Virus record (IMG/VR): IMGVR_UViG_3300043446_003193
Location: 1 to 64,000 of that record
Direction: 5' to 3' (one strand)
DNA: 64,000 nucleotides
This document shows positions 53,077-63,864 of this stretch, piece by piece. The notes under the pieces were generated by a model, which was not told the DNA's origin, did not search any database, and saw nothing but the letters and a program-made list of their open reading frames with translations. A program made the translations under genes and the position numbers. Numbering within the stretch: the first letter of the stretch is position 1; each line of letters begins with the position of its first letter.

Positions 53077-53804
53077 TATCTTATAATTTGTCCGTCAGCA
53101 TGTTGCATTTCGGTGTTATGAATTTCTACATCTACATTAGATTGAGTTAAATGCCATCTTAACAAATATTCATTTCTCAAACCACTATCTTGTCCTGGCC
53201 AACCTCCACTTAAGAATTTTGGATAATCTCTATCGTAGTTTAGATACCAATCTATTTTTGAATAAACTGACGAATATATTCCCATATTAGTTTTGTTACC
53301 AATAGCAAATACATCATAGTACCCTCTATGCTTAACTCTTTCATCCGTATCCCAATTCCATACATGCAATTTATTTGGGTCTAATTTTTCCAAATCTAAA
53401 GTTGAATTTTCGTATCGTATATCAAAACGACTTCTAATATAAAAATCATATTCTCCATCTACTAGATTATATGCTTCTGAAATTGAATACCACATTGATT
53501 TAGAGTTTTGAAGTGGTTGCCTCCACATTGGGTCAACAATACCTTTATCATCAAATACAATTGGTTCTTCAAATTTATGTTGTGCAGGTTTAAACATCTG
53601 CTCAATATCGTTTAAATACGATTCACTATATTTGTAAATTTGTTTTGGCCTATCATAGAAAAATTGAGTGGCTTCAAAGTTACCACCTTTCCAAGTATGT
53701 AGATAAACATTGCAATCATATTTATCCAAATACGATTTTTTTAATTCATCATATCCTAAATAATAATTTCTAGGTTGTCCCGATAATAATATTGCTACTT
53801 TCAT
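53076..53804 (-). CDS. glycan-locus protein (SGQPR...RSRFD family)
   Basis: VAILLSGQPR, YLHTW, YIRSRFD, DVFAIG. Confidence 0.6.
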   Translation of the reverse strand: MKVAILLSGQPRNYYLGYDELKKSYLDKYDCNVYLHTWKGGNFEATQFFYDRPKQIYKYSESYLNDIEQMFKPAQHKFEEPIVFDDKGIVDPMWRQPLQNSKSMWYSISEAYNLVDGEYDFYIRSRFDIRYENSTLDLEKLDPNKLHVWNWDTDERVKHRGYYDVFAIGNKTNMGIYSSVYSKIDWYLNYDRDYPKFLSGGWPGQDSGLRNEYLLRWHLTQSNVDVEIHNTEMQHADGQIIR

Positions 53805-54232
53805 TTAAATCTTTTTATATAATCTGAACAAATACCTTTACATAGAAGTACATTATCGTTTTCCAATTCAGGCATAACTGCTATACTATCTTTTATTGGT
53901 TGTTTACCGGGATATGCCCAAACATAATTTTTAGATGTAAGAGTTACAGTGTCAGTTTCGTGCCAAAAATAATGCAATTTAGTTTCTCTAACCCAATACA
54001 ATGCTTCTATATTTTTACAATGTACCCATAATTTATCAACCTTATCTTTAAAATATTCCCAAGTTATTTCGTATTGAGGTTCATCATGACCTAAATACAA
54101 TTTATCATCTACAACCCACAAATCAATCTCAACTTCGTATCCCAACTCCAATGCGGCTTCTATATAATTTGGATTGTTTTCGTATTCAGGTATTTTACCA
54201 TCAATATTTCCTCTATGTGATATCAGTATCAT
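53801..54232 (-). CDS. glycerophosphodiester-phosphodiesterase-like protein
   Basis: LISHRGN, VEIDLW, LGHD, ICSD. Confidence 0.8.
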   Translation of the reverse strand: MILISHRGNIDGKIPEYENNPNYIEAALELGYEVEIDLWVVDDKLYLGHDEPQYEITWEYFKDKVDKLWVHCKNIEALYWVRETKLHYFWHETDTVTLTSKNYVWAYPGKQPIKDSIAVMPELENDNVLLCKGICSDYIKRFK

Positions 54233-54233
54233 A

Positions 54234-55103
54234 TTAATATTCTTCTCCTTCTATAATTTTTCTAGCATCGCCTCTTTCGTGATTATGATTTTTTGATTTA
54301 ATTGAATGGTACATATGTACACCAAATGCTCCTATTTCAGTTGATCTATTTACCTTTCCTTGATTAAAAGAAACATTAAATAAATCATGTGCACCTCCCC
54401 ATGTTGCATTTGGGTTTAATACCATACCAACTATCTGATTACAAAGAGTAAGTATGTCGTTTGTAAATACATGCAGATTATAATCATTTTGTATATTGTG
54501 TGATACAAACCTAATTGATGGGTCAGTATCTGGCTTTCCATTAAATGAAGATTCTATATATGGCTCTTCTAATGTACCAGGTGTTATTGGGTGATTGTTT
54601 CCACCTCTATAATATGTGTGTTCGGGTGTAACTTCAAATTTTTCCATTTTACACAATTCGTCTATTTCTGATTGCGGTACTTTTGATTTTGCATTATAAA
54701 TTGGTAAACTCCAAATGGTATTTACTTCTGTTTGTTTTTTAAATACTTTATTAAAGTTTATAGAAACACAATAATCAGATTTTAATAAAAGTGTTTTTCC
54801 AGGTTCATTCAATCCGTTTTCAATTAACATTGAAAATTGATTAATTAAGTCCTGTGTTAATGTTTTTGGACACTCAATTTCATCATATGGGAATATTGCC
54901 AAATTTTTAATATACCCATTTATATCCAATTCTCTTATTTTTGCATCTAACCAATCATTATCAATTGTTTCCGAATGAGTATTATAAATTATAAACCAAT
55001 CCCATATAATATCTTCCGATTGATTTATTAATAAAGAACGAAGTGAGTTTTCAGCATGTTCTTTTGTAAGTGTTGCATGTGTTGTAAATATACAATTATT
55101 CAT
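54234..55103 (-). CDS. hypothetical glycan-locus protein
   Basis: 289-aa ORF within the GT cluster; LLKSD, HMYH. Confidence 0.55.
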   Translation of the reverse strand: MNNCIFTTHATLTKEHAENSLRSLLINQSEDIIWDWFIIYNTHSETIDNDWLDAKIRELDINGYIKNLAIFPYDEIECPKTLTQDLINQFSMLIENGLNEPGKTLLLKSDYCVSINFNKVFKKQTEVNTIWSLPIYNAKSKVPQSEIDELCKMEKFEVTPEHTYYRGGNNHPITPGTLEEPYIESSFNGKPDTDPSIRFVSHNIQNDYNLHVFTNDILTLCNQIVGMVLNPNATWGGAHDLFNVSFNQGKVNRSTEIGAFGVHMYHSIKSKNHNHERGDARKIIEGEEY

Positions 55104-55704
55104 ATAAATAAAATTCGTTAGTAGTTAATATGTTTAATAATTCTTTTCTATTTTTTTCCAAAAACTCATATTCTAAATTATCTGGAATTTCTAACTTTAA
55201 TTCTTTTCCTTTTTCATTTTTTATTACACCCAATCCTTCATCCGCATCTATAACAAATATTTTGTATTTTAAATAAGAATTGTTTTTTCTAAATTTTACA
55301 ACTGATTTCCAAACATCTCCATTCCATCCATGTTCCCATATATCAAAATCAGCAGGTACTCTCTGTCTCATTTCGTTAATTGGATTGCAATCGTGTAGGA
55401 TAATAACACCATCGTCTTCCAAATATTTTAGAGAGTTTTGAATATCCTTATCTACTTGTTCGGTATGATGTAAACCATCTATAAAAATAACATCATATTT
55501 GTAATCTAAATTTGGTGCTATATTTTCAAAAAAGTCATCAGATGTTAAATGATATGTTGCCGGTGTTTTCTCATCCGGGTCTACCGAATCTTTTATAGCA
55601 GCCTTTACACCATCGTAACTATGACCCTTATAAACACCTATTTCAAGATATTTTTTAAAATCTTTCTTAGAAAGATAATGATTTATTAGTTCTATTCTAT
55701 TCAT
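55096..55704 (-). CDS. class I SAM-dependent methyltransferase (Methyltransf_24-like)
   Basis: YLEIGV, DVIFIDGLH, ILHDCNP. Confidence 0.85.
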   Translation of the reverse strand: MNRIELINHYLSKKDFKKYLEIGVYKGHSYDGVKAAIKDSVDPDEKTPATYHLTSDDFFENIAPNLDYKYDVIFIDGLHHTEQVDKDIQNSLKYLEDDGVIILHDCNPINEMRQRVPADFDIWEHGWNGDVWKSVVKFRKNNSYLKYKIFVIDADEGLGVIKNEKGKELKLEIPDNLEYEFLEKNRKELLNILTTNEFYLYE

Positions 55705-56482
55705 TTAAGTAAATTTTTGAAAAATATTCTTTAATAGAACCTTTCATTTTTTCATTTAAATCATGCGGTTTACTATCTACAAAGTGAAATATTTTTACAT
55801 TGGAAACATTTTCTAATTTTAAATTATTAACCGCATCTACATCAAATAGTAAATAGTTATAATCTGAACTTAAATAGGTAACTATAATTGTGTTAGAACC
55901 AACAAAGTAATCTAATGCAGGTGTATCACTATTAAACCTTTTAATTTGCTTAGATGCTTCTCTAAAAAGAGAACTAATATTTTGGTCAAGATATTCGGAT
56001 ATATTGATTATTTGAAATCCTGCATTTGGAGAATGTTTATCAAATGGTTCATACCATTCAGGAGCTTCTGCTATTGATATAGCTAAATCACTCTCCAATT
56101 CTAATAAATCAAAATGAGAATTACATAATATATCCCCATCACACTTTATTGCGTAATCGTAATTTGATTTTAAATATTCCGGACCATCACAATACCAATA
56201 CATAGCATCTGGCCATCTACCTTTTTCTCCTTTTTCAGTAAATTGTATATCAGTATATTGGTTATAATTTTTTTTACAATCTCCTGTAATTAATTTAATT
56301 CCATTATCTTTACAAAGTTTTTCAACTTCTTTTAAATTTTGTTCATTTATATCAGTAAAATATACATAATCTAATTCATTACCAAAATGTTTTTGAAACG
56401 ATTTTAGCATTTTAATTGGTTCTCTATTTTCTGATAAAATGTATTCCGAATTACCTGCACAATATACTACCCACTTACCCAT
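55697..56482 (-). CDS. glycosyltransferase family 8-like
   Basis: KCDGD, NAGFQII, SDTPALD, IFHFVDSKP. Confidence 0.7.
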   Translation of the reverse strand: MGKWVVYCAGNSEYILSENREPIKMLKSFQKHFGNELDYVYFTDINEQNLKEVEKLCKDNGIKLITGDCKKNYNQYTDIQFTEKGEKGRWPDAMYWYCDGPEYLKSNYDYAIKCDGDILCNSHFDLLELESDLAISIAEAPEWYEPFDKHSPNAGFQIINISEYLDQNISSLFREASKQIKRFNSDTPALDYFVGSNTIIVTYLSSDYNYLLFDVDAVNNLKLENVSNVKIFHFVDSKPHDLNEKMKGSIKEYFSKIYLNE

Positions 56483-57852
56483 TATTTCTTATAATTTTCT
56501 AAATAATGTTTTAAATCCTCAGGCGTACCTAATCCCCACATATTTTCAGCAGGTATATGATAGTTGTATATTTTTTTACCATTTAATATCGCTTCATTGT
56601 ATACAGGACAAACATAAAATTCATTATTTGTTCTAATATTTTTTTCAATCATTTGTTCAGCAGATGCTACAAAATCAGAACCATGTTTAAAATAATAAAC
56701 ACCAGCAGTAGCTTGATTTGAAATTGGATTTTTTTCTGCAACTTCGGTAATTAACCCATCTTCATTTGTTTTAGCAAATGACCATTTTGGATGAGTTGAT
56801 TCAAAACACATTATTGCACCATCAAAATCTTTTTCATTCATTTGATACATAAATTCAGTAGAATCCCATTGAATAAATTGGTCAGAATTTGTTAATATTA
56901 ATTGATTTTCATTATTAATATGTTCCTTTGCCAATAAGACCGTACATGCTGCTCCCTGCGTCATTCCATCAACTTCTACAATTTTACAATTAGGAGTGAT
57001 TAAGTTTAATAGAGTATCTAAATTGTATTTTTCTCTATGAGATTTTTGAACAATATAAATAAATGTAGCCTCAATGTTCATACTTTCAACTACAACCTGT
57101 ATCATAGGTTTACCATTAACATCAATTAGTGGTTTAGGAAATGTATATCCTGCTTTTTCAAATCGGCTTCCGGCTCCTGCCATTGGGATAACTACATTTA
57201 ATTTTTCATCATGCCATTTATTCATAATATTTTGTTTTGTGTTATGTAACTTACTAAAAATTTTTGAATATTCCAAATCTTTTGAATTTTTAACTCTAAG
57301 TACGATTGCCTTAGAACGATGTGCCGATAACAAACCTTGTGGAGAATCTTCTATAATTAAAGTTTCTTCTGGTAAACAACTCATCATTGACATTGCTTTC
57401 CAATAAATTTCAGGATGCGGCTTTGGGTTTTTAATATCATCATTTGTAACTATCACATCCAAATATTCAATTACACCCGTTTTTGCTAATGCAACTAATG
57501 CTGTTCTTCGTATACAATTTGTACAACATCCAAGCATATAACCCTCTTGTTTTAATTTTTTAAATATACTTAAAATATTATCATCCGGTGTTATATGTGC
57601 AAACTCTTCTAATGTTAGTTTTTGTTTTTTATCATATATTTGTTTATGGGATGTGGTTGGAAGTCCTTTATCTTGCGTAAGCATATTTAATTTTGTAATG
57701 GTTTTTAATCCATCATATCTAGTAACATGCTCATGCTCTGTAATTATGTACTTAGGGTCTATTTCTGAAATAGCATTATTTAATGTTCTATAATGTATTT
57801 CTTTCGTATCGGTTATTACACCATCTAAATCAAATAGTATTAATTTCGTCAT
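56482..57852 (-). CDS. HAD phosphatase fused to sugar-phosphate nucleotidyltransferase
   Basis: LFDLDG...KPHPEIY...IEDS; IPMAGAGSRF...PKPLI. Confidence 0.88.
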   Translation of the reverse strand: MTKLILFDLDGVITDTKEIHYRTLNNAISEIDPKYIITEHEHVTRYDGLKTITKLNMLTQDKGLPTTSHKQIYDKKQKLTLEEFAHITPDDNILSIFKKLKQEGYMLGCCTNCIRRTALVALAKTGVIEYLDVIVTNDDIKNPKPHPEIYWKAMSMMSCLPEETLIIEDSPQGLLSAHRSKAIVLRVKNSKDLEYSKIFSKLHNTKQNIMNKWHDEKLNVVIPMAGAGSRFEKAGYTFPKPLIDVNGKPMIQVVVESMNIEATFIYIVQKSHREKYNLDTLLNLITPNCKIVEVDGMTQGAACTVLLAKEHINNENQLILTNSDQFIQWDSTEFMYQMNEKDFDGAIMCFESTHPKWSFAKTNEDGLITEVAEKNPISNQATAGVYYFKHGSDFVASAEQMIEKNIRTNNEFYVCPVYNEAILNGKKIYNYHIPAENMWGLGTPEDLKHYLENYKK

Positions 57853-58462
57853 AGTAACTGTTTTGTTTTTCTTGTCTTTGAATTGTTTTAGGATGTTTTA
57901 TGCAGTATACTTCTTCAAATGGAAAATTTGTATAAGATTCAAATCCACCTATTCTTTCATGAACTTTACCAGCCCACCCTATTGTTTCTTTATTTTTATA
58001 TATTCTAGTTTGAACATCTGGAAAATTTACCCAACCTTTTTCATCTACTTTCCAACCCCACTTTTGTATGTGTGCTTCTGTTAATCCTTCAACCGTATTT
58101 ATACGAGGAACTAATATAAGGTCTTTACCATCATTATTTGATAATATATCTTCTAAATTATAAATTAAATCATTTTCTAAAAATTCGTCTGCATCTAATT
58201 GAAAAATCCATTCACCATTACAATGTGAATTTAAAAAGTTTTTCCATTGTGCAAAATCTCCTGCAAATTCGGATTCTATAAGATGTATGTAATCTTCCTT
58301 TGCTTGAATTTCTAAATATTCAATTAATTCGGTTGGTGCTTTTGGAGTATCTAAAAGAACTACAATTTCAGAATTTTCTCCTTTATAGTTTAATAGTTGT
58401 GTAACCAATCTTATTGTTTCTTCTACCTCATTACAGGCAGTAATTGCGTAACTTATTTTCAT
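57830..58462 (-). CDS. glycosyltransferase family 2
   Basis: SYAITACNE, FAQWKN, IFQLDADE. Confidence 0.85.
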   Translation of the reverse strand: MKISYAITACNEVEETIRLVTQLLNYKGENSEIVVLLDTPKAPTELIEYLEIQAKEDYIHLIESEFAGDFAQWKNFLNSHCNGEWIFQLDADEFLENDLIYNLEDILSNNDGKDLILVPRINTVEGLTEAHIQKWGWKVDEKGWVNFPDVQTRIYKNKETIGWAGKVHERIGGFESYTNFPFEEVYCIKHPKTIQRQEKQNSYYDEINTI

Positions 58463-58875
58463 TATAATATTTTATCGTTAGATGTTGTATAACTCCAAGC
58501 AGAACCACTTGGGTATCCGTATGTAGTTGATGATGGATTATACGAACCACTACTAAATGATACTATATTTGGATTGGCAATTGTAATAAATCCGGTAGTT
58601 CCAGGTGTTGTTGTAACTTGAAATCCAGGTGATGTTGTTCCTGGTGTGCAAGTTATTTTGTATGGATTATATGGGTCTGTCGGTGGTGGTGTAATATGTG
58701 GTGAACCATTTGGTATTCCCCATCCACCTACCCCAATTGGAGTTCCTATCGTTGGTTCATCACTAACTTCTGCCAATTTTTCTTTTAAGTAATCCCATTG
58801 TTTTGGAGTTACATTAAATTCATGTACTCCATCTGTAAATCCTTTTAACCAAATAACAAATTCTTTTGATGTCAT
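58462..58875 (-). CDS. hypothetical protein (Pro/Thr/Gly-rich tail)
   Basis: FVIWLKGF...QWDYLKEKL. Confidence 0.65.
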   Translation of the reverse strand: MTSKEFVIWLKGFTDGVHEFNVTPKQWDYLKEKLAEVSDEPTIGTPIGVGGWGIPNGSPHITPPPTDPYNPYKITCTPGTTSPGFQVTTTPGTTGFITIANPNIVSFSSGSYNPSSTTYGYPSGSAWSYTTSNDKIL

Positions 58876-58877
58876 AA

Positions 58878-59348
58878 TTATCTATTTTTTAATTGAGACC
58901 TTTTATCTATACCAGTTACAGTTACACTTTTTGGAGTAATTTCATTTACATCCATTGTTAATTCAATCACTTGTTGTAATCCGCTCATTTTATAAGTTCT
59001 ATATGCTTCATTTGTAATTATTGGTACTTTTGAAACAACTTTTGAATAAAAATTCTTTGCAGAACCTCTCATTTGTAAGCTCTCAGTATCTTCATTTACA
59101 AATTTTCCAAAAAATCTTTTAATAAGATTTGGATTTACATCTGATACTTTTACACAATGTATTATATCTTTTGCTTTAGATACAAATAGTGTAAATATAA
59201 TTGGTGCAGTTGTTTCTGTAAATCTTCCTTTTGTACCATCAATATATTCGTATTTTTTTATTAGATAAAAATTTCCTCTTGTCATTTTTGCAGGAGTTAT
59301 TTGATTTCTATCATCAATAAATTTACGATATATTGGATTGTAATTCAT
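58878..59348 (-). CDS. hypothetical protein
   Basis: 156-aa ORF. Confidence 0.65.
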   Translation of the reverse strand: MNYNPIYRKFIDDRNQITPAKMTRGNFYLIKKYEYIDGTKGRFTETTAPIIFTLFVSKAKDIIHCVKVSDVNPNLIKRFFGKFVNEDTESLQMRGSAKNFYSKVVSKVPIITNEAYRTYKMSGLQQVIELTMDVNEITPKSVTVTGIDKRSQLKNR

Positions 59349-59349
59349 A

Positions 59350-60621
59350 TTATTTACTTACCATTTTTAATTTAGGTAATTGCATTGGTTGAAACTTAGG
59401 TTGTTTCTTATTATAAATACCATATTGGTTTAAAATAACATCAAACAATTTAGTCATTTTTTGTAATCCAAAATTTTGTTTATTTTGTTTTCCTAATTGA
59501 AATGCAGATGTTTTGTATTTGTTGTAATTTTTATAAACATCTTTTATTATACCTAATGCTTTTGAAATATTTACATTAAACCATTTTGCTTCTTTTAGTA
59601 AGAAATCATCAGCTGCTGATTCATGTACTTCTTTCAATTCACCTTCTAATAATACTGCTCCTTCTTTTAAGAAATCTAAATGTCCTGACCAATTAGATAC
59701 AATTACAGGTTTTCCTGTCAAACTAAATTCTAATAATGGTCTACCATAACCTTCACCTTTCGTAAAGTTCAACATTGCTTTTACTTTTGGATGTTCGTAT
59801 AACCCATTCATTTGAGCAGGTGTTAAATCACCATGCAATAAGTAAACAGGAACTTTGCCATAATCCTTACCTAATGCTGATTTAATTTTTTTAACAATCG
59901 CTTCTCTATCTCTTACAGAAAATCCTGCAGATGATGTTTTTAGAATCAATGCTGGTTTTACTTTTTCTCCTTTGAATGCCATTCCAAAAGTTTTAATCAT
60001 CATTCCTACATTCTTTCTATCCTCACCTAAATCACCTTTTAACCAATGTCCTACAAATAAGAATGCGAAATCTTCTTTGATTTGGTCTAATTCAGTTATA
60101 TGTGCAACATACTCTGTTCCAAAATCTTCTTCATTGAATCCTTCAAACAAAACTTCAACCGGTTTTTCAATTCTGATTTGCCTAATAACCTGTCCATTTT
60201 GTTTATTTGTTTCATTATAAACTGTACCAATTAAACTCAATTTTGAATGTTCAGATGGTGCTATAATTAAATCCATTCGGTTACACCCTTCAATCCAATT
60301 CATAGGACAAGCAGTTGTTTCAATCGCTGCAGTAATTCCAATATTATAATGTCCAATTGGTTGAAATTCATTTGGAACTGTTACCTGAATATACACATCT
60401 GGTTTTTCTGTAATTTGTGGTATGATACTATCTACAATCCATTTATGAAATTCATTATCATAATTCAATGCATCCATCGGAGTTGCTCCCCAACGGGTAC
60501 TAATTACTTTGATTTCAAACTTATCTAAATCGTATAAAGATTTTAAAAGGTCTCTTGCGTGGTCACCGTATCCACTTCTAGTTGATACAGGTGCCTGAAA
60601 TATTAATGTTGGTTTGCTCAT
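59350..60621 (-). CDS. GT-B glycosyltransferase (GT4-like)
   Basis: SGYGDHAR, RKNVG, GEGYGRPLLE..LTGKPVI. Confidence 0.88.
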   Translation of the reverse strand: MSKPTLIFQAPVSTRSGYGDHARDLLKSLYDLDKFEIKVISTRWGATPMDALNYDNEFHKWIVDSIIPQITEKPDVYIQVTVPNEFQPIGHYNIGITAAIETTACPMNWIEGCNRMDLIIAPSEHSKLSLIGTVYNETNKQNGQVIRQIRIEKPVEVLFEGFNEEDFGTEYVAHITELDQIKEDFAFLFVGHWLKGDLGEDRKNVGMMIKTFGMAFKGEKVKPALILKTSSAGFSVRDREAIVKKIKSALGKDYGKVPVYLLHGDLTPAQMNGLYEHPKVKAMLNFTKGEGYGRPLLEFSLTGKPVIVSNWSGHLDFLKEGAVLLEGELKEVHESAADDFLLKEAKWFNVNISKALGIIKDVYKNYNKYKTSAFQLGKQNKQNFGLQKMTKLFDVILNQYGIYNKKQPKFQPMQLPKLKMVSK

Positions 60622-60622
60622 A

Positions 60623-62005
60623 CTATAACTCTATTAATTTAAATTTTTGTCTTGGTTTCCAATTTTCAAATGCTCCTTCCATACCATCTACCAATGCTTC
60701 ACACATTGCTTCTCTACTTAACTTACCATCTCCTAAAAAGAATTTTCTACCTTTTAATCCTGCTGCTTCCCTATCTTCTTTTGGTGTTTTATACCAATCC
60801 ATAATCAAAGGTGTTACATCTTCAAAATCAACTCTATCATCAAAGATATATGGAGTAGGAACTGAACCCGTTGTTGAACGAACTGGCCAAATTGGTTTAA
60901 CCCAATCACCCCAAACTACACCTGCTTTTTTATGTCTATCATGTAAAGAACCAATCTCAACATAATCTTCTGCAGTTAATAATTTACCACTTCCTCTTTC
61001 TCTAAATCCACATTGGTCCTGTAAACCACCGGTAACTGTTACAATAATTGGTGTTCCCGCCATTACTGATTCTGCAGTTGCTAATCCAAATCCTTCATTA
61101 GATGCAATGTTGATTGTCACATCTGCCATATTATATAACCAATTCAATTGTTCTTCGGAATATCTATTTGAAGCAAACACTACATTTGTTTCTGGAGAAC
61201 AACAATGTTCAATAGTAGTATATAAATCAGTTCCATGTTCTTCAACAGGATTTGTATGCATTAATAAACAAACTTTTTCTCTTTCCTCTGGTCTCAATGC
61301 TTCTACAAATGCATTAAAAGCCAAAATAACATCTATTGGTTGTTTTCTACGAATGTTTCTATTATTCCAATAAAGAACAAAATCATATTCTTTATCACCG
61401 AATATACTTTGTTTAAAGTCTTCGGGTACATCAACTGGTTTGTACAATTCGGAATTGATACCATGCGGTACATAACTTATTTGCCAATCTTTTGCAGTGT
61501 TCCAATGTTTTTCTTTATCCCACCCATATACTCTTTTGGTAATACCATATGTTTGTTTTGAAATACATCCAATCCAATCACAACTTTCGTAATAATCTCT
61601 ATTGTATTTTGGGTCTGGCAAATCATCCCAAATATGATAAAAGAAAAGGGGTACTGATTGGCGAATTTCATGCTCAATATCATATAACCAAATCCAATAA
61701 CGAGGGTCGGTAAAGTGTAGAATTGCATCTGGTTTTTCAATCATTAATAATTGACGAATCACATCTGGATTACCATATCCATCATACGGATATATTTTTA
61801 CACATGCATCAGCAACACCTGTTCTTGATCTAACATCATCATTTAAATCAAATACTTTTCCAGCTTCTGGATGTTTGATTGCAGCTCCTAATTGTACCCA
61901 ATCATACTTATCAACTGTCCCTAGTACTAATTGTTTGGAAACATTGGCTATACCACTAGCCATTCGTAAGTCATCTGAAAGTAACAGAATCTTCTTTTTT
62001 GCCAT
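60623..62005 (-). CDS. GT-B glycosyltransferase (GT4-like)
   Basis: YVPHGI, RNIRRK, SNEGFGLATAESVMAGTPII. Confidence 0.9.
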   Translation of the reverse strand: MAKKKILLLSDDLRMASGIANVSKQLVLGTVDKYDWVQLGAAIKHPEAGKVFDLNDDVRSRTGVADACVKIYPYDGYGNPDVIRQLLMIEKPDAILHFTDPRYWIWLYDIEHEIRQSVPLFFYHIWDDLPDPKYNRDYYESCDWIGCISKQTYGITKRVYGWDKEKHWNTAKDWQISYVPHGINSELYKPVDVPEDFKQSIFGDKEYDFVLYWNNRNIRRKQPIDVILAFNAFVEALRPEEREKVCLLMHTNPVEEHGTDLYTTIEHCCSPETNVVFASNRYSEEQLNWLYNMADVTINIASNEGFGLATAESVMAGTPIIVTVTGGLQDQCGFRERGSGKLLTAEDYVEIGSLHDRHKKAGVVWGDWVKPIWPVRSTTGSVPTPYIFDDRVDFEDVTPLIMDWYKTPKEDREAAGLKGRKFFLGDGKLSREAMCEALVDGMEGAFENWKPRQKFKLIEL

Positions 62006-62022
62006 AACTTATTATTCTTTTA

Positions 62023-62220
62023 TTAAAATTGTGAACCACTTACTTGTAGTACCGTGTATTCGTTTAATTGTTTTCTAAATTCTTTGTTTTTTGTGTAAAG
62101 GTCTAATGTTCTATTTACTAATTTTTGAAAATTTATACCACCCTGTATTGATGTTATTTTAAAATCTTCATCATATAACTTTTGTATAACCTTAACAGTT
62201 GTTAATTTTAATTCTGCCAT
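62023..62220 (-). CDS. small hypothetical protein (possible ribbon-helix-helix)
   Basis: Start MAELKLTTVKV; downstream of an AT-rich ATATATGTATATA motif. Confidence 0.55.
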   Translation of the reverse strand: MAELKLTTVKVIQKLYDEDFKITSIQGGINFQKLVNRTLDLYTKNKEFRKQLNEYTVLQVSGSQF

Positions 62221-62260
62221 AATTGTTGATAATTTATATATACATATATATGATATAAAA

Positions 62261-63127
62261 TTATTTTCCATTACAATATTTTCCGTAGAACTCACACCAT
62301 CCACATAATTTTGACGGTTTTGTTATATATTCAATATCCGTTCTATAATTACCATCTTTATCAAACACAGTTTCTACAAATTCAGTAAATCCTTTCCATG
62401 CTTTGTTTATAGACGGTTTACCATTGGCAGGAACATGTCTACTCATTCTATGTGTTGGTATATCTTCAACTACTTCAACTTTTCTTTTTAAGATAATAAA
62501 TTCAACATCAATCATATCTTCAGAAATACCAATTAATTCTGCATAAAATTTCTTATACAAAAGTATTTGTGAATTTTTAACAGCATCCGATTTTTGATAT
62601 TTACTCCAACCTCTTGTAGATGTTTTAAAATCTATAATTTTATACTTTCCGGTAAATGTATCTCTAATAATTAAATCTATAAAACCCATAAAGTTTACAT
62701 TCTCTGCAATCTTTGTGTTTATAGGTTGTTCAATCGCTACTAATTCATCGTGCTTTAACGAAAAGAATTTATTAAAGTTTTTAGGTTTTTGAAACCAATC
62801 TAATAGAACATTTCCATCTTCTAAAAACTCTACCATTTCTTCTTTTGTACAAATTGTAGTGTTTCCAATTTCTCCGCCGGATTCTTTTAAGTATGCATCT
62901 CTCATTCTTTCTTTTAGATATACTTTTAAGTCAATCATTTTATCCGCTTGGGATTTTGATATTCTTAAACATTTCTCTAAATAGTTTTGTAGAGTTTCGT
63001 GCATTGCTGTTCCGAAAATACTATGGATGTTTGAACTAGATTCGGATAATCCATCTATATAACTTAATTTGTATTGTTGTGGACATGTATGCCACATACT
63101 ATATTGTGAAAATGATACTCTTGCCAT
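62261..63127 (-). CDS. PD-(D/E)XK exonuclease (RecB/Cas4-like)
   Basis: SFSQY..W..CP, FGTAMH, GFIDLI, IIDFKTS, QILLY, LCGWCEF. Confidence 0.9.
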   Translation of the reverse strand: MARVSFSQYSMWHTCPQQYKLSYIDGLSESSSNIHSIFGTAMHETLQNYLEKCLRISKSQADKMIDLKVYLKERMRDAYLKESGGEIGNTTICTKEEMVEFLEDGNVLLDWFQKPKNFNKFFSLKHDELVAIEQPINTKIAENVNFMGFIDLIIRDTFTGKYKIIDFKTSTRGWSKYQKSDAVKNSQILLYKKFYAELIGISEDMIDVEFIILKRKVEVVEDIPTHRMSRHVPANGKPSINKAWKGFTEFVETVFDKDGNYRTDIEYITKPSKLCGWCEFYGKYCNGK

Positions 63128-63163
63128 AGATGTAATATAACTAAATTATTTGGATTTACCAAA

Positions 63164-63616
63164 TTATATCTTAAGTTTTAATTTAGTTACTTGCTTCTTA
63201 TCTACTGCATATTTTTCACAAACATATTTGATATATTCTCTACCTTCTCTGGTTGAATAAAGAATTTCTATATAATCGTTTGCTTGAACTTCCGAACAAT
63301 CGTATTCCTTTTTAATTAAATCAACTAAAAAAGATTCATACTTATCTTCTGATTTTCCTTTAATATATTTTAAATAATATTTACCTTTTGGTATGACACT
63401 AATATACAACTTATACATTTCCTTTGGTTGTAGTGTTTGCGTTAAAGGAAGTAAAGTTGCAATCAGTTCAACCCATTCAGGTTTCATAGAAAGAAAACGA
63501 TTAATCATAAAATTACTCCATGATTTTAAATCTTCTTCCGTTAGTTTATCAAAGTACTTTGGGTCTTGTTCGGTTGTTACTGCATTAATATGGTCAAATA
63601 ACTTTTTGGCTGCCAT
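63164..63616 (-). CDS. clamp-loader small subunit (T4 gp62-like)
   Basis: SNFMINRFLSM, KYYLKYIK; directly downstream of the RFC-like gene. Confidence 0.65.
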   Translation of the reverse strand: MAAKKLFDHINAVTTEQDPKYFDKLTEEDLKSWSNFMINRFLSMKPEWVELIATLLPLTQTLQPKEMYKLYISVIPKGKYYLKYIKGKSEDKYESFLVDLIKKEYDCSEVQANDYIEILYSTREGREYIKYVCEKYAVDKKQVTKLKLKI

Positions 63617-63858
63617 TATTCAATGATTTTTGTTTCTTGTAATTCTTGTGGTAATAACTCATTTAAAGGTTTACCACAACTCGCACAAAGATATAATTCA
63701 ATTGGCATTACTGAATCTTTTGCTCCACCTGTCAATAGACGTGATATTTTTTTAAATCTATATCCTGGCATAAATACTTTTCCACCACAATCACATTCCA
63801 TGTCTCTTGCATCATTTAAGTTAAAATTAGGTGGTAATTGGTTCATTTGCTCTTGCAT
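63616..63858 (-). CDS. small Zn-finger-like protein
   Basis: CDCGG...CASCG. Confidence 0.65.
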   Translation of the reverse strand: MQEQMNQLPPNFNLNDARDMECDCGGKVFMPGYRFKKISRLLTGGAKDSVMPIELYLCASCGKPLNELLPQELQETKIIE

Positions 63859-63864
63859 AATTTT

